Assembly (NCBI GenBank): GCA_038746285.1 | Contig: JBCDKT010000012.1 | Coordinates: forward strand, 6,553-70,552 | Source of the DNA: Bacteroidota bacterium | GTDB taxonomy: Bacteria > Bacteroidota > Rhodothermia > Rhodothermales > JANQRZ01 | DNA: 64,000 nt | Reading direction: 5' to 3' | Shown: positions 9,538 through 19,150 of the stretch, in pieces | Position numbering within the stretch: position 1 is the stretch's first letter | Layout: every line of letters starts with the position of its first letter | Translations under genes and position numbers: made by a program | The notes under the pieces: model-generated | Databases searched by the model: none | Told to the model about the DNA's origin: nothing | Seen by the model: only the letters and a program-made list of their open reading frames with translations

Positions 9538-12500
9538 CTACCCCGCCGCCTCGGCCGCGTAGACCGGGACGCGCACCTGCACCTCGGCCTGCCCGGCCTC
9601 GGCCGCGAAGCGGAAGTCTCCGCCGAGGTCTTCGGCACGGCGGCGCATGTTGCGCAGGCCGTAGCCGCTCGGGGCCCCGTCGCCCCCGACGTTTGGCGCG
9701 GTCGTCCCGGCCTCGCTGCCGTCGTTCGTGACGCAGAGGGCGAGGCAGTCGCCGTCGCGGCGGAGGTCGACGCGGAGCGTGCGGGGGTCGGCGTGCTTGA
9801 GCGCGTTCGTGACGGCCTCCTGCGCGATGCGGAAGAGGTGGAGCGCCTGCGCGGGCGAGAGCACGGTGCCCTCCGCGTCCGAGGCGTCGCACGCTGCAGC
9901 AACGCCGTCGCGGTAGCGGGTCTGCTGGTCGAGCATCTGCTGGACCCGCTCGGCGAAGGCGGCGGCAGGGACAGCCTGCTGGTCGAGCGCCCAGATGGTC
10001 TCGCGGAGCTGGGTCATCGTGCGGCGGGCGTCGCCGTCGAGCGTGCCGAGGTGGTCCCGCGCCGCGTCCGGCTGCCCGGCGTCGGTGGCGAGGTGGACGA
10101 GTTCGATCCCCGAGATCATGGTCGCAAGCTGGGCACCGACGTGGTCGTGGAGGTCGCGGGAGATGCGCTCGCGCTCGGCCTGGACGCGGCGGGCGGCTTC
10201 GAGGGCGCGCATCCGCTCGCGGAGCCGGCGCTGCGCCAGGTGACGCACGCCGCCGACGAGCGCCCCGAGCGCGAGGAGCCCGGCCCCGAGGCGGAACCAC
10301 CACGTCTGCCAGAACGGAGGCACGATCTCGAACGCGAACCGGGCCTCGTGTGGGCTCCACACCCCGTCGCTGTTGGTGCCGCTGACGCGGAGCACGTACC
10401 GGCCTGGGCGTAGCCCGGCGTAGGCCGCGTAGCGCCGCGTCCCGGCCTCGACCCAGCCAGCGTCGAGGCCGTCGAGGCGGTAGGCGTAGCGCGCCGCCTG
10501 GGGCGCGTCGAAGTCGAGCGCGGCGAACTCGAAGGCGAGGAAGTTGCGGCGGTGGCCGAGGCGGAGCTGAGGGCCGCCGCGCGCGGCGTCGTAGAACGGA
10601 ACGGACTGCTCCATCACGCGCACATCGGTGAGGACGACGGGCGGTGCGTAGGTCCGCCGCTGCACCGCGGCGGGGTCGAAGAGCGTCAGGCCGCGGGGAC
10701 CGCCGAAGGCGAGCGCGCCCGAGCGCAGCCGCGCCAGCGCGTGCCCGTTGAACTCGTCGCCGGGCAGCCCGTCGAGCGAGGAGAACACCTCGACCGCACC
10801 GTCGGCCAGCGGCGCGTCGGCGGCGGGCGGGCGGAAACGGACGAGGCCCCGGTTGGTGCTCATCCAGAGCGCGCCGTCGCCGGCTTCGAGGACGCCGTAG
10901 ACCACGTTGCTCCGCAGTCCGTCCGCCGTCGTGAGTGCGTCGAAGGTGGCCGTCGCCGGGTCGAAGCGGTTGAGGCCGCCTCCGTAGGTGCTCACCCAGA
11001 ACGCCCCGTCGCTCGTCTCGGTGACGCCGACCACGCTGTCGTGGCTGAGCGCGGCGGGGTCGGCGTCGGCGTGGCGGAACGTCGTCGAGGCCCCGGTGGC
11101 GAGGTCGATCACGTCCACGCCGCCGCCCCACGGGCTGGCCCACAGCCGCCCAGCGCGGTCGAGGTAGACGGCGTAGGTGTTGCGGTTGCTGAGCTCGAGG
11201 CCGGGCCGCTCGTCGAGCAGGCACCGGAAGCGGTCGGCGGCGGGGTCGAGGCGGCAGGGCCCGGTCTCGTAGCTGGCCACCCACAGGCTCCCGTCGTGCG
11301 CCCGGTGGAAGTCGATGACCCGTCCGAGCGGGGCGCTGCCGCCGCCCGGCAGGGCGCGGGGCACGGGTACGTAGCGCCGGGTCTCGGGGTCGAGGCGTCC
11401 CGCGCCCGCCGTGGAGCCGATCCACACGCGCCCGTCGCTGCCCATCGCCACGGCACGCGCCGCGTCGGTCGGGAGGCCGGAGGTGACCGCTGTGAAGCGC
11501 TCGAAGCGGCCGGTGGCCGGGTCGTAGCGCGCCACGCCACTCCCGAACGAGCCGAGCCACACCCGGCCCTCGGCGTCGTCGGCGAGGGCCCCGACGGCGG
11601 GCGGCGGCACCCGGTCGGCCGGGGCGGCGGGGCGGTGGACGAGCGGCGTGAACGGGGTGTCCCGCTGCTTCGCCACGCCAGCATTGTAGGTCCCGACCCA
11701 GAGCAGCCCGCTCGCGTCGGCGAAGAGGGTCCGCGCCCGCACCGTCGGGAAGCCAGACGGGGCGTCGGGCTGCCGCGCGACAGGCTGGGCCTCCCCCGTC
11801 GCCGGATCGAAGCGGACGAGGCCGCTGCCGGCCACCGCCAGCCACAGCCGCCCGGACCCGTCGGGGAGAAGGTCCATCACCCGGCCCGTCCACCCGCCGA
11901 ACGTCGTCACTGTCTCCGCCGCCGGGTCGAGGCGGGCCAGACCGTCCGCTGTCCCCGCCCACACGGCCCCGTCGGCAGCGACGTGGACCGCGCTCACCGA
12001 CGAGTCGGCCGTAACGCGGAAGCGGCGCGTGGTGCCGGTCGCCGGGTCGAGGCGGACGAGCCCCCGCTGCGTCCCAAGCCAGAGCATCCCATCGGGACTA
12101 CTGGTGACCTTTGCCACGCTCGGGTAGGTGTCGGACAGCATCCACCGGAAACCCTCGGTCGCCGGGTCGAAGCGGAGCAGGCCGCCGTTCGTGCCGAGCC
12201 AGAACGTCCCGTCTGCGGCCTCGTGAATAGCGACGATGCGCTGAGCGTCGGGGGCCACGTCGGGGAGGTACGACCGAAACCCTTGCGTCGACGGGTCGAA
12301 GCGGGCGAGGCCGCCGCCGAAGGTCGCCAGCCAGAGCGTCCCCTCGCCGTCCACATGCAGGTCTTCCACCGACGAGTGCGGGAGCGAGGCCGAGTCGCCG
12401 GCGGCGTGCCGGAAGACCTCGAAGGTGTAGCCGTCGAACCGGTTGGCCCCGTCGTCGGTCCCGATCCAGACGAAGCCCTCCGCGTCCTGCGCAACCGACG

Positions 12501-12642
12501 TGACGGTGACCTGCGAAAGCCCCTCCTCGACCGAGAGCGCGTCGAACACGAGTGGGATCGGCTGCGCCCAGGCCGAGTCCAGAACGAGAGTCGCAACGAC
12601 CAGGCAACAGGTCGCTGCGATAGAGCAGGCAGGACGGCGCAT
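9538..12642 (-). CDS. Sensor histidine kinase with periplasmic beta-propeller/Y_Y_Y domain (HisKA_3 type)
   Basis: Trimmed to ATG 12642 because the upstream part overlaps the regulator gene. About 12 propeller blades (VWIGTDDG, FWLGTNGG, LWVGTYNAG...), YAYRLDGLDAGW, the TM helix WWFRLGAGLLALGALVGG, H-box ISRDLHDHVGAQL and an ATPase C-terminus. Confidence 0.9.
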   Translation of the reverse strand: MRRPACSIAATCCLVVATLVLDSAWAQPIPLVFDALSVEEGLSQVTVTSVAQDAEGFVWIGTDDGANRFDGYTFEVFRHAAGDSASLPHSSVEDLHVDGEGTLWLATFGGGLARFDPSTQGFRSYLPDVAPDAQRIVAIHEAADGTFWLGTNGGLLRFDPATEGFRWMLSDTYPSVAKVTSSPDGMLWLGTQRGLVRLDPATGTTRRFRVTADSSVSAVHVAADGAVWAGTADGLARLDPAAETVTTFGGWTGRVMDLLPDGSGRLWLAVAGSGLVRFDPATGEAQPVARQPDAPSGFPTVRARTLFADASGLLWVGTYNAGVAKQRDTPFTPLVHRPAAPADRVPPPAVGALADDAEGRVWLGSFGSGVARYDPATGRFERFTAVTSGLPTDAARAVAMGSDGRVWIGSTAGAGRLDPETRRYVPVPRALPGGGSAPLGRVIDFHRAHDGSLWVASYETGPCRLDPAADRFRCLLDERPGLELSNRNTYAVYLDRAGRLWASPWGGGVDVIDLATGASTTFRHADADPAALSHDSVVGVTETSDGAFWVSTYGGGLNRFDPATATFDALTTADGLRSNVVYGVLEAGDGALWMSTNRGLVRFRPPAADAPLADGAVEVFSSLDGLPGDEFNGHALARLRSGALAFGGPRGLTLFDPAAVQRRTYAPPVVLTDVRVMEQSVPFYDAARGGPQLRLGHRRNFLAFEFAALDFDAPQAARYAYRLDGLDAGWVEAGTRRYAAYAGLRPGRYVLRVSGTNSDGVWSPHEARFAFEIVPPFWQTWWFRLGAGLLALGALVGGVRHLAQRRLRERMRALEAARRVQAERERISRDLHDHVGAQLATMISGIELVHLATDAGQPDAARDHLGTLDGDARRTMTQLRETIWALDQQAVPAAAFAERVQQMLDQQTRYRDGVAAACDASDAEGTVLSPAQALHLFRIAQEAVTNALKHADPRTLRVDLRRDGDCLALCVTNDGSEAGTTAPNVGGDGAPSGYGLRNMRRRAEDLGGDFRFAAEAGQAEVQVRVPVYAAEAAG

Positions 12643-12703
12643 CAGCGGTGGAAGGGCGTGTGGGTGGACCGCCCCGAAGGTGCAAACTCCGCGCCACAGC
12701 GCG

Positions 12704-13378
12704 CTACGGGTCCAGCAGCCGGTTCTCCAGGGCCACGCGCACGACCGACGCCCGCGAGTGGACGTGGAGCTTCCGGTAGATATTCTTGATGTGGGTCCGC
12801 ACCGTGTGCGGGGAGATGCAGAGATGGTCGGCGATGGCCTCCTCGGTGTCGGCCTCGACGAGGCGCTGGAGCACGTCGCGCTCGCGCTCGGTGAGGTCGA
12901 ACGCCGGGGCGGCCTCCGGGGCCTCCGCCTCGGGTGCCGGGGCCGAATGCCGCGCCACGTCGAGCACGCGCCGGGCCACGCGGGCCGACATCGGCGCGCC
13001 GCCAGCGGCAAGCTCCAGCACGGCTCCCACCACCTGGTCGGCCGAGGAGTCTTTGAGGAGGTAGCCCGAGGCCCCGGCGCGGACGGCGTCGAAGATGCTG
13101 TCGTCGTGCTCGAAGACGGTAAACATCAGCACGTCGATCTCGGGGTGCTGCTCCTTGAGCCGCCGCGTCGTCTCGATCCCGGTGATGCCGGGCATCTCGA
13201 CGTCCATGATGACGACCTCGGGCAGCTGGTCCTCCGTCATCTCGGCGATGCGCTCCAGGAAGGCGTTGCCGCTGTCGGCGCTCAGCACGAGCGAGACGTC
13301 GGCGAAGAACCGGAGGCGCTCGGTGAGGCGCTGCCGGAAATCGGGGTGGTCTTCGACGAGGGCGACGCGGACAGGCAT
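12704..13378 (-). CDS. NarL/FixJ-family response regulator
   Basis: MPVRVALVEDHPDFRQ...VVIMDVEMPGITG receiver domain plus a LuxR HTH (LTERERDVLQRL...ISPHTVRTHIKNIYRKL). Start set at ATG 13378. Confidence 0.9.
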   Translation of the reverse strand: MPVRVALVEDHPDFRQRLTERLRFFADVSLVLSADSGNAFLERIAEMTEDQLPEVVIMDVEMPGITGIETTRRLKEQHPEIDVLMFTVFEHDDSIFDAVRAGASGYLLKDSSADQVVGAVLELAAGGAPMSARVARRVLDVARHSAPAPEAEAPEAAPAFDLTERERDVLQRLVEADTEEAIADHLCISPHTVRTHIKNIYRKLHVHSRASVVRVALENRLLDP

Positions 13379-13605
13379 ACTAAACGATGAATCGTAGCTG
13401 AGGCTTGAATCGGCAGTCTGAAGATACACGGCGCGGCGCGGCGGGCCTATCCCCGGAGGCGGGTAGATCGGCCGCGCTCAGCGCGTCTGAGCGGCGCGGT
13501 TTCGCCTGTTCCGGCGATTGCGGACGGGTTGGCTGCTGGCGGAGCTTGGGTCCGTTGCCGCTGCGGCGGCCGCATTACTCCTTCCGAAACCATCCGGACC
13601 CTCCC

Positions 13606-14115
13606 ATGCTACGCATTCTCTGCTCCCTCTTCCTGCTCCTCGCCCTCGCCGGCTGCGACAGCGGCGGCGACGACGACGGCGGCGGCGACCTCGCCCTCGG
13701 CTCGATGCGCGCCCAGATCGACGGCGACGGCTGGACCGCCACGAACGCCACCGCGACCGACATCAACGTCCTCGGCACGCGGACCCTGACGATCGCCGGG
13801 GGCCAAGTCGGCGACGCCGTCTCTACTGTCACAGTCAGCATCACGGCCGTCGACGGAGCTGAGATTACCCCCGGCACCTACGCCATCGGCGACGACGCGA
13901 CGGACCTCGTCTTCGGCACGGGCAGCTACTCGCCCGACGCGACCATGCAGCAGACCTTCCTCTCGACGAGCGGCTCCGTCACCGTCGACGCGATCGACGA
14001 CGAGGGCGCGAGCGGGACGTTCTCGTTCACGGCTGCGCTGCCGGGCTCGAGCGACACGATCGAGGTCGCCAGCGGCCAGTTCAACGTCGGCTTCGGGCCG
14101 CCGATCATGCCCTGA
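13606..14115 (+). CDS. Lipoprotein, unknown function
   Basis: MLRILCSLFLLLALAGCDSGGDDDGG (lipobox LAGC), then a beta-rich body ending GTFSFTAALPGSSDTIEVASGQFNV. ORF 13405..14115 trimmed to ATG 13606. Confidence 0.7.
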   Translation: MLRILCSLFLLLALAGCDSGGDDDGGGDLALGSMRAQIDGDGWTATNATATDINVLGTRTLTIAGGQVGDAVSTVTVSITAVDGAEITPGTYAIGDDATDLVFGTGSYSPDATMQQTFLSTSGSVTVDAIDDEGASGTFSFTAALPGSSDTIEVASGQFNVGFGPPIMP

Positions 14116-14212
14116 CGGTCTTCCTGAGGCAGCCTGACGCGTGCCGCGCAGCCCGCTTTGTGGTGGGGCGGGCTGCGACGCCGCCGTCGGGCTGCCTCTT
14201 TTCATTGACGGT

Positions 14213-15403
14213 CTATGCTGGGACGTGTCCGAAGGCGGCGCGGAGGTTCCGGCAGGCGTCTTCGAGCACTGGCATCCGCTTGGCGTAGCAGAACCGGAGC
14301 ACGGTGCTGCCGTCGGCGGGGTCGGCGAAGAACGAGTTGCCGGGGACGGCGGCGACGCCCGCCTCGCGGATGAGGGTGTCGCACGCGGCGCGGTCGTCCT
14401 CGAACCCGCCGCGCTGCGCGGCGAGGGCCGAGAAGTCGGCGAGGACGTAGTAGGCCCCCTCGGGCCAGTGGAAGGCGAAGCCGCACGCCTCCAGCGTCTC
14501 GCACATGAGCTGCCGCTTCGCCGCGTAGGCCGCCTGAAGCTCGGCGAAGTAGGCGGCGCGGTCCATCGCGAACGCCTCGGCGACGCCGTGCTGGAGCGGG
14601 CTCGGCGCGCAGATGAAGACGAGGTCGTTGATGAGCCCCATCCGGCTCGTGACGGCCTCCGGCCCAACCGCATAGCCGAGCCGCCACCCGGTCATGTTGT
14701 AGGTCTTCGAGAAGCCCGAGAGCGTGACGGTGCGCTCGTACGCGCCCGGCAGCGAGCCGAGCGAGACGTGCTCGTGCCCGTCGTAGGTCATGTACTCGTA
14801 GATCTCGTCGGTGATGGCCCAGAGGTCGTGCCGCTCCAGAATCTCCAGCATCCGCTCCAGTTCGGCCCGGCTCCAGACCTTGCCGCAGGGGTTCGAGGGC
14901 GTGCAGACGAGGACAGCCTTCGTCCGCTCGGTGATGAGCGACTCGACCTCGCCCCAGTCGATCCGCCAGTCCGGGGCGCGGAGCTTCGCCGTGACGCGCC
15001 GGACGCCGAAGAGGTCGAGCAGGCCCGTGTGGTAGCCGTAGAACGGCTCGAAGACGATGCACTCGTCGCCCGGCTCGAAGAGCGTCAGGCAGGCTCCGAC
15101 GAACGCCCCCGTCGAGCCGACCGAGACCACGACCTCGTCGTCGCTCCCGACGGGCAGGTCGTTGTAGCCCCGCGCCTTCTCGGCGATCCCGGCACGCAGT
15201 TTCTCGATCCCGGCGTACGAGGTGTAGATCGACCGGTCGCCGTCGATCGCAGCGTGGGCACCGGCCTTGATCGGGTCCGGCGTGGGGAGGTCGCAGATGC
15301 CCTGGCCGAGATTGATCCCGCCGGCGGCGTTGACGGCGAACGTGACGGCGCGGATGTCGCTCTGGCGGAGGGCGTCGGTGCGGGCGGCAAGGGACTTGGG
15401 CAT
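14213..15403 (-). CDS. Class I/II PLP-dependent aminotransferase
   Basis: 396 aa. INLGQGICDLPTP near the N-terminus and PLP-lysine motif SGFSKTYNMTGWRLGY. Confidence 0.85.
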   Translation of the reverse strand: MPKSLAARTDALRQSDIRAVTFAVNAAGGINLGQGICDLPTPDPIKAGAHAAIDGDRSIYTSYAGIEKLRAGIAEKARGYNDLPVGSDDEVVVSVGSTGAFVGACLTLFEPGDECIVFEPFYGYHTGLLDLFGVRRVTAKLRAPDWRIDWGEVESLITERTKAVLVCTPSNPCGKVWSRAELERMLEILERHDLWAITDEIYEYMTYDGHEHVSLGSLPGAYERTVTLSGFSKTYNMTGWRLGYAVGPEAVTSRMGLINDLVFICAPSPLQHGVAEAFAMDRAAYFAELQAAYAAKRQLMCETLEACGFAFHWPEGAYYVLADFSALAAQRGGFEDDRAACDTLIREAGVAAVPGNSFFADPADGSTVLRFCYAKRMPVLEDACRNLRAAFGHVPA

Positions 15404-15530
15404 CGGGGGACCGAGGGGCGAATGTCGAATGAGAGTGGATGCGTGAGCAGGCGGGGCAGAGACGAGAACCGGGCGGCGGTTCGTTGAGGGCGGGTACCTT
15501 CTCGCGTCCGGCTCACCAAGCTCTCCTGCT

Positions 15531-16967
15531 ATGCGCTACGTCCTGCTCTGTTCACTGCTCGGCCTCCTCGCCGCCCTCCCGCTCGCCGCGCAGCCGGTGA
15601 CGACCTCGACCGGCGAGGCGCGCGAGGACGTGTCGCTGACGGTCTACAACCAGAACTTCGCCGTCGTCCGCGAGGTGCGGCCACTGGCCCTCCGGCGGGG
15701 CTCGAACCTCGTCCGCTTCGAGGACGTGCCGTCGCAGATCGACGCGACCTCGCTCGCGCTCAAAGCCCTCTCCGACCCCGACGCCGTGCTCGTCCAGGAG
15801 CAGAACTACCAGTACGACCTTGTCAACCAGACAACAATCCTCGACAAATCCGTCGGGGACAGGATCCGCCTCGTCCAGACGCGGGAAGACGGGAGCGAGA
15901 CGACGCTGGAAGGCGTCCTCCTGAGCCAGCCCAGCCAGGGCCTCGTGCTCCAACTCGACGACGGGCGCGTGCTCCTCAACCCACCCGGCCGGATCATCGT
16001 CGACGCGCTCCCCGAGGGTCTCGTCTCGCGCCCGTCGCTGCTGTGGCGGCTCGACGCCGCCCGCAGCGCGACGTACCCGACGGAGGTCTCCTACCTCACC
16101 GACGGCATCACCTGGACCGCCGACTACGTCGCCGTCGTCAACGAGGCCGAGGACGCCGTGGACCTGACCGGCTGGGTCACGCTCGTCAACGGCAGCGGCG
16201 CGACCTACCGCGACGCCGAGCTCCAACTCATGGCCGGGGACGTGCGCCGCGTGCAAGAGAACGTGCAGGTCCGCGGCGTGCAAGCGCTGTCCGCCCTGAA
16301 CGATGGTCTCCGCGCTCCTGAGCCAGCGTTTGGGCAGGAGGCGTTCTTCGAGTACCACCTCTACACCCTCGACGGGCGCACGACGGTCGCCCAGAACGAG
16401 ACGAAGCAGATGACGCTCCTCGCCGCGGCCCACGTGGGCGTCGAGCGCCGCCTCGTCTTCGACCCGCAGCGGGCGCGGCGCTACAGCCGGGGCCGAGGCC
16501 AGGGCGGCGGGACGCAGGACGCCAAGCTGAGCATCATGCTGGAGTGGGAGAACACCGAGGCCAACCGCATGGGCATGCCGCTTCCGAAGGGCAAGGTCCG
16601 GCTCTACAAGGCCGACGCGCGCGGCAACCTTCAATTCCTCGGCGAAGACCTGATCGACCACACGCCCCGGAACGAGGACGTGAGCCTCTACGTCGGCGAC
16701 GCCTTCGACGTGGTCGGGACGCAGATTGTCAAGGCTAACCGGCGCCCCAGCGACCGAATCTCGGAGCAGGACATCGAGGTCTCGATCCGCAACCGCAAGG
16801 AGACCTCGACCGAGGTGGTAGTCGTCGCCCGCGGCTACGGCACCTGGTCGGTCCTGGGCGCGAGCCACGAGTTCACGACCGTCGACGCGTACACGGCCGA
16901 GTTCCCGCTCACGCTTGCGCCCGACGAGGAGGTGACGGTCACCTACACCAGCCGAAGCTCGTGGTAG
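15531..16967 (+). CDS. DUF4139-like secreted protein
   Basis: Signal peptide MRYVLLCSLLGLLAALPLAAQ. The pattern VSLTVYNQNFAVVREVR...LRRGSNLVRFEDVPSQIDATSL resembles DUF4139/MuiA-family N-termini. The family assignment is from memory only. Confidence 0.7.
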   Translation: MRYVLLCSLLGLLAALPLAAQPVTTSTGEAREDVSLTVYNQNFAVVREVRPLALRRGSNLVRFEDVPSQIDATSLALKALSDPDAVLVQEQNYQYDLVNQTTILDKSVGDRIRLVQTREDGSETTLEGVLLSQPSQGLVLQLDDGRVLLNPPGRIIVDALPEGLVSRPSLLWRLDAARSATYPTEVSYLTDGITWTADYVAVVNEAEDAVDLTGWVTLVNGSGATYRDAELQLMAGDVRRVQENVQVRGVQALSALNDGLRAPEPAFGQEAFFEYHLYTLDGRTTVAQNETKQMTLLAAAHVGVERRLVFDPQRARRYSRGRGQGGGTQDAKLSIMLEWENTEANRMGMPLPKGKVRLYKADARGNLQFLGEDLIDHTPRNEDVSLYVGDAFDVVGTQIVKANRRPSDRISEQDIEVSIRNRKETSTEVVVVARGYGTWSVLGASHEFTTVDAYTAEFPLTLAPDEEVTVTYTSRSSW

Positions 16968-17100
16968 CCCTCGCGCTTTTATTTCTCGCGGCGAACGTCT
17001 CTGCTCAGGTCCCGTCGCCCATCTTCCCTCTTCCCGAAATAGGGGGCACGAGGTGTCTTTCGCAGGCGGGCGCGATCTCAGACTCCCAACCTCGATACTC

Positions 17101-17170
17101 GTCATCCCCGCGCAGGCGGGGACCCATAGGAGTGCTAGCCGGTGGGTCCCGGATCGGAGTCCGGGATGAC
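17101..17170. repeat. REP/BIME-like inverted pair of GC-rich hairpin modules
   Basis: GTCATCCC-CGCGCAGGCG-GGGACCCA (17101-17126) and, inverted at 17143-17170, GTCATCCC-GGACTCCGATCC-GGGACCCA. The termini are identical, the cores differ, and each core still forms a 7-bp hairpin. Confidence 0.55.
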
Positions 17171-17281
17171 TCCTCTTTGCGGCATGAAGGTCGCCGGAAT
17201 CAGATCTATGGAGGCCGAGGCTCCGCTGGTTGCACTACTGTTGTGCTCGGCCTGTCCAAGCAAGGAGAGCACGGGGTGGTG

Positions 17282-18481
17282 ATGGAGAAACGAGCAGCGG
17301 CCCGCGTCGTGACCGGCGCGCAGCGGCTCGTGGACACCGAGTTCGCCGACCTCGACGGGCTAAGGGTCGGCCTCGTGACCAACCACACGGCGACCGTGGA
17401 CACGGCAGACGGCGGGCCGAGGCACCTGGTCGACCGGCTCCACGCGGCCGACGGCGTGACGCTGGCTGCGCTCTTCGGGCCGGAGCACGGGCTGCGCGGC
17501 ACCGCCGAAGCGGGTGCGTCGGTCGAAAGCGGGACCGACCCGGCGACGGGCGTTCCGGTCTTTAGCCTCTACGGGACCTCCAGGCGCCCGCCGCCCGAGT
17601 CGCTCGCGGGGCTGGGCGCGCTCGTGTTCGACATGCAGGACATCGGGGCGCGGTTCTACACCTACATCTCGACGATGGGCTACGCGATGCAGGCCGCCGC
17701 CGAGGCGGGCATTCCCTTCGTCGTCCTCGACCGGCCCAACCCGCTCGGCGGACGGGCCGACGGGTTCGTGCTGGAGCCCGAGCACGCGTCGTTCGTCGGT
17801 CTCTACCCGGTCCCCGTCCAGCACGGCCTGACGGTCGGCGAGCTCGCCCGGATGATCGCGGGCGAAGGCTGGCTCCCCGGGCTAGGCGAGCTCGACCTCC
17901 GCGTCGTCGAGATGACCGGCTGGCAGCGCAGCATGCGCTGGCCCGAGACCGGCCTGCCCTGGGTCCCGACGAGTCCCAACATCCCGACGTTCGAGACGGC
18001 GCTCGTCTACCCAGGCGTCGCTTTTTTCGAGGGGACGACCGCGAGCGAAGGGCGCGGGACCGACGCGCCGTTCTTGCTCATCGGCACCCCGAGCCTCAAC
18101 GCCGGCGCGCTCGCCGACACGCTCAGCGGGCACGGGCTGCCGGGCGTCCGGTTCGAGCGGTTTTACTTCGTCCCCCGCTCCATCCCCGGCGTCGCGGCCA
18201 GCCCGAAGTTCGAGGGCGAGAAGGTCGCCGGGGTCCGGCTCGTCGTGACCGACCCGGCGGGGGTCCGGCCCGTCGCGCTCGGCATGCACCTGCTGCAGGC
18301 GGTCTACCACCAGAAGCCGGCGGACTTCTTCGACGCCGACTGGCTCGCCCGGCTCGCGGGCACGCGACGGCTCCAGCGGATGCTCGAAGCCGGTGCCCGG
18401 CCCGAGGCTATCGTCGGCACCTGGCAGGGCGAGGTGGACGCGTTCGAAGAAGCACGGCAACCCTACCTGCTTTACGACTGA
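17282..18481 (+). CDS. DUF1343 / NamZ-like exo-beta-N-acetylmuramidase family protein
   Basis: LRVGLVTNHTATVD...LFGPEHGLRGTAEAG is the DUF1343 signature. In-frame GTG GTG ATG at 17276-17284 makes the start ambiguous, and the frame stays open back to 16961 (see findings). Confidence 0.8.
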   Translation: MEKRAAARVVTGAQRLVDTEFADLDGLRVGLVTNHTATVDTADGGPRHLVDRLHAADGVTLAALFGPEHGLRGTAEAGASVESGTDPATGVPVFSLYGTSRRPPPESLAGLGALVFDMQDIGARFYTYISTMGYAMQAAAEAGIPFVVLDRPNPLGGRADGFVLEPEHASFVGLYPVPVQHGLTVGELARMIAGEGWLPGLGELDLRVVEMTGWQRSMRWPETGLPWVPTSPNIPTFETALVYPGVAFFEGTTASEGRGTDAPFLLIGTPSLNAGALADTLSGHGLPGVRFERFYFVPRSIPGVAASPKFEGEKVAGVRLVVTDPAGVRPVALGMHLLQAVYHQKPADFFDADWLARLAGTRRLQRMLEAGARPEAIVGTWQGEVDAFEEARQPYLLYD

Positions 18482-18537
18482 TGAGCTTGCTGAGATGACG
18501 GCGCATAGACCCTGCTCAGCGTCCAGCCTCAACCGCT

Positions 18538-18565
18538 GTAGGGGCGTAAGGCCGTACGCCCCTGC
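18538..18565. terminator. Hairpin between convergent genes (GTAGGGGCG family)
   Basis: GTAGGGGCGTA (18538-18548) pairs with TACGCCCCTGC (18555-18565): 11 bp including one G-U, with a 6-nt loop. It lies between the namZ stop (18481) and the stop of the 18608 gene. There is no clear T-run. Confidence 0.5.
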
Positions 18566-18607
18566 GACGGCAGGGCGTATCTCGAGTCGAGAGGGAGGGT
18601 ATGAGCC

Positions 18608-19150
18608 TCAGTTCAGGCGGAAGCTGTGGGCCATCTGCTCGAAGGCCGGCTGCGCGGCCTCGAAGCGCTCGGCCAGCGCCGTGCCGGTCAGCGTGTACGC
18701 CCGGCCGTCGGCTAGGATGAGGTAGGCCAGCGCCCGCAGCCGCTGCCCGCCGAAGGTGTGCTCGTAGACCACCCGCTGCGCCGCCCGCACGCCGACGGTC
18801 GTCTCCTCCGCCTTGAGCACCTCGAACCCCGCCAGCCCGGCGCGGAGCGCGGCCCGGCTGTCGCGGTAGGCCTCGGCCCGGCTCCGGCCCGCGGGCACGG
18901 GCCCGACGGACACGTTGAGGTTCTCGCGGAACCGGTCGCCGGGGGCAGAGAGCGGCGAGAGCACGACGAGCGCGGCCCCGCCCAGGTCGGGCTGCGCCGT
19001 CCAGCCGGCGGGCACGGCCAGGTCGAACGCGAGCCGGTACCGGTACGGTTCGACTCGGCCTTGCGCCTGGGCGTGCGGACCGAGGAGCCCGGCGCAGGCC
19101 ACCAGGGCGAGGAGCAGCCTACGCTGCGCCGGAGCGAGGAGGGAGGTCAC
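18608..19150 (-). CDS. Secreted protein, unknown function
   Basis: 180 aa with a GTG start and signal peptide ...LLLALVACAGLLGPHAQAQ. Coding-type GC3. No motif I can name with confidence. Confidence 0.65.
   Translation of the reverse strand: MTSLLAPAQRRLLLALVACAGLLGPHAQAQGRVEPYRYRLAFDLAVPAGWTAQPDLGGAALVVLSPLSAPGDRFRENLNVSVGPVPAGRSRAEAYRDSRAALRAGLAGFEVLKAEETTVGVRAAQRVVYEHTFGGQRLRALAYLILADGRAYTLTGTALAERFEAAQPAFEQMAHSFRLN

Noticed and set aside
17101-17126. Resemblance of ATCCCCGCGCAGGCGGGGAC to a type I-E CRISPR repeat (CCCCGCG..GCGGGG stem).
   Set aside because: There is a single occurrence plus one inverted variant. There are no regularly spaced repeats or spacers and no cas genes in the window. 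It was treated as a REP-like element instead.
17262-17267. AAGGAG upstream of namZ as a Shine-Dalgarno sequence.
   Set aside because: Spacing fits only the GTG at 17276, and essentially no other gene in the window has an SD. It is noted as start-codon ambiguity rather than called as a regulatory feature.
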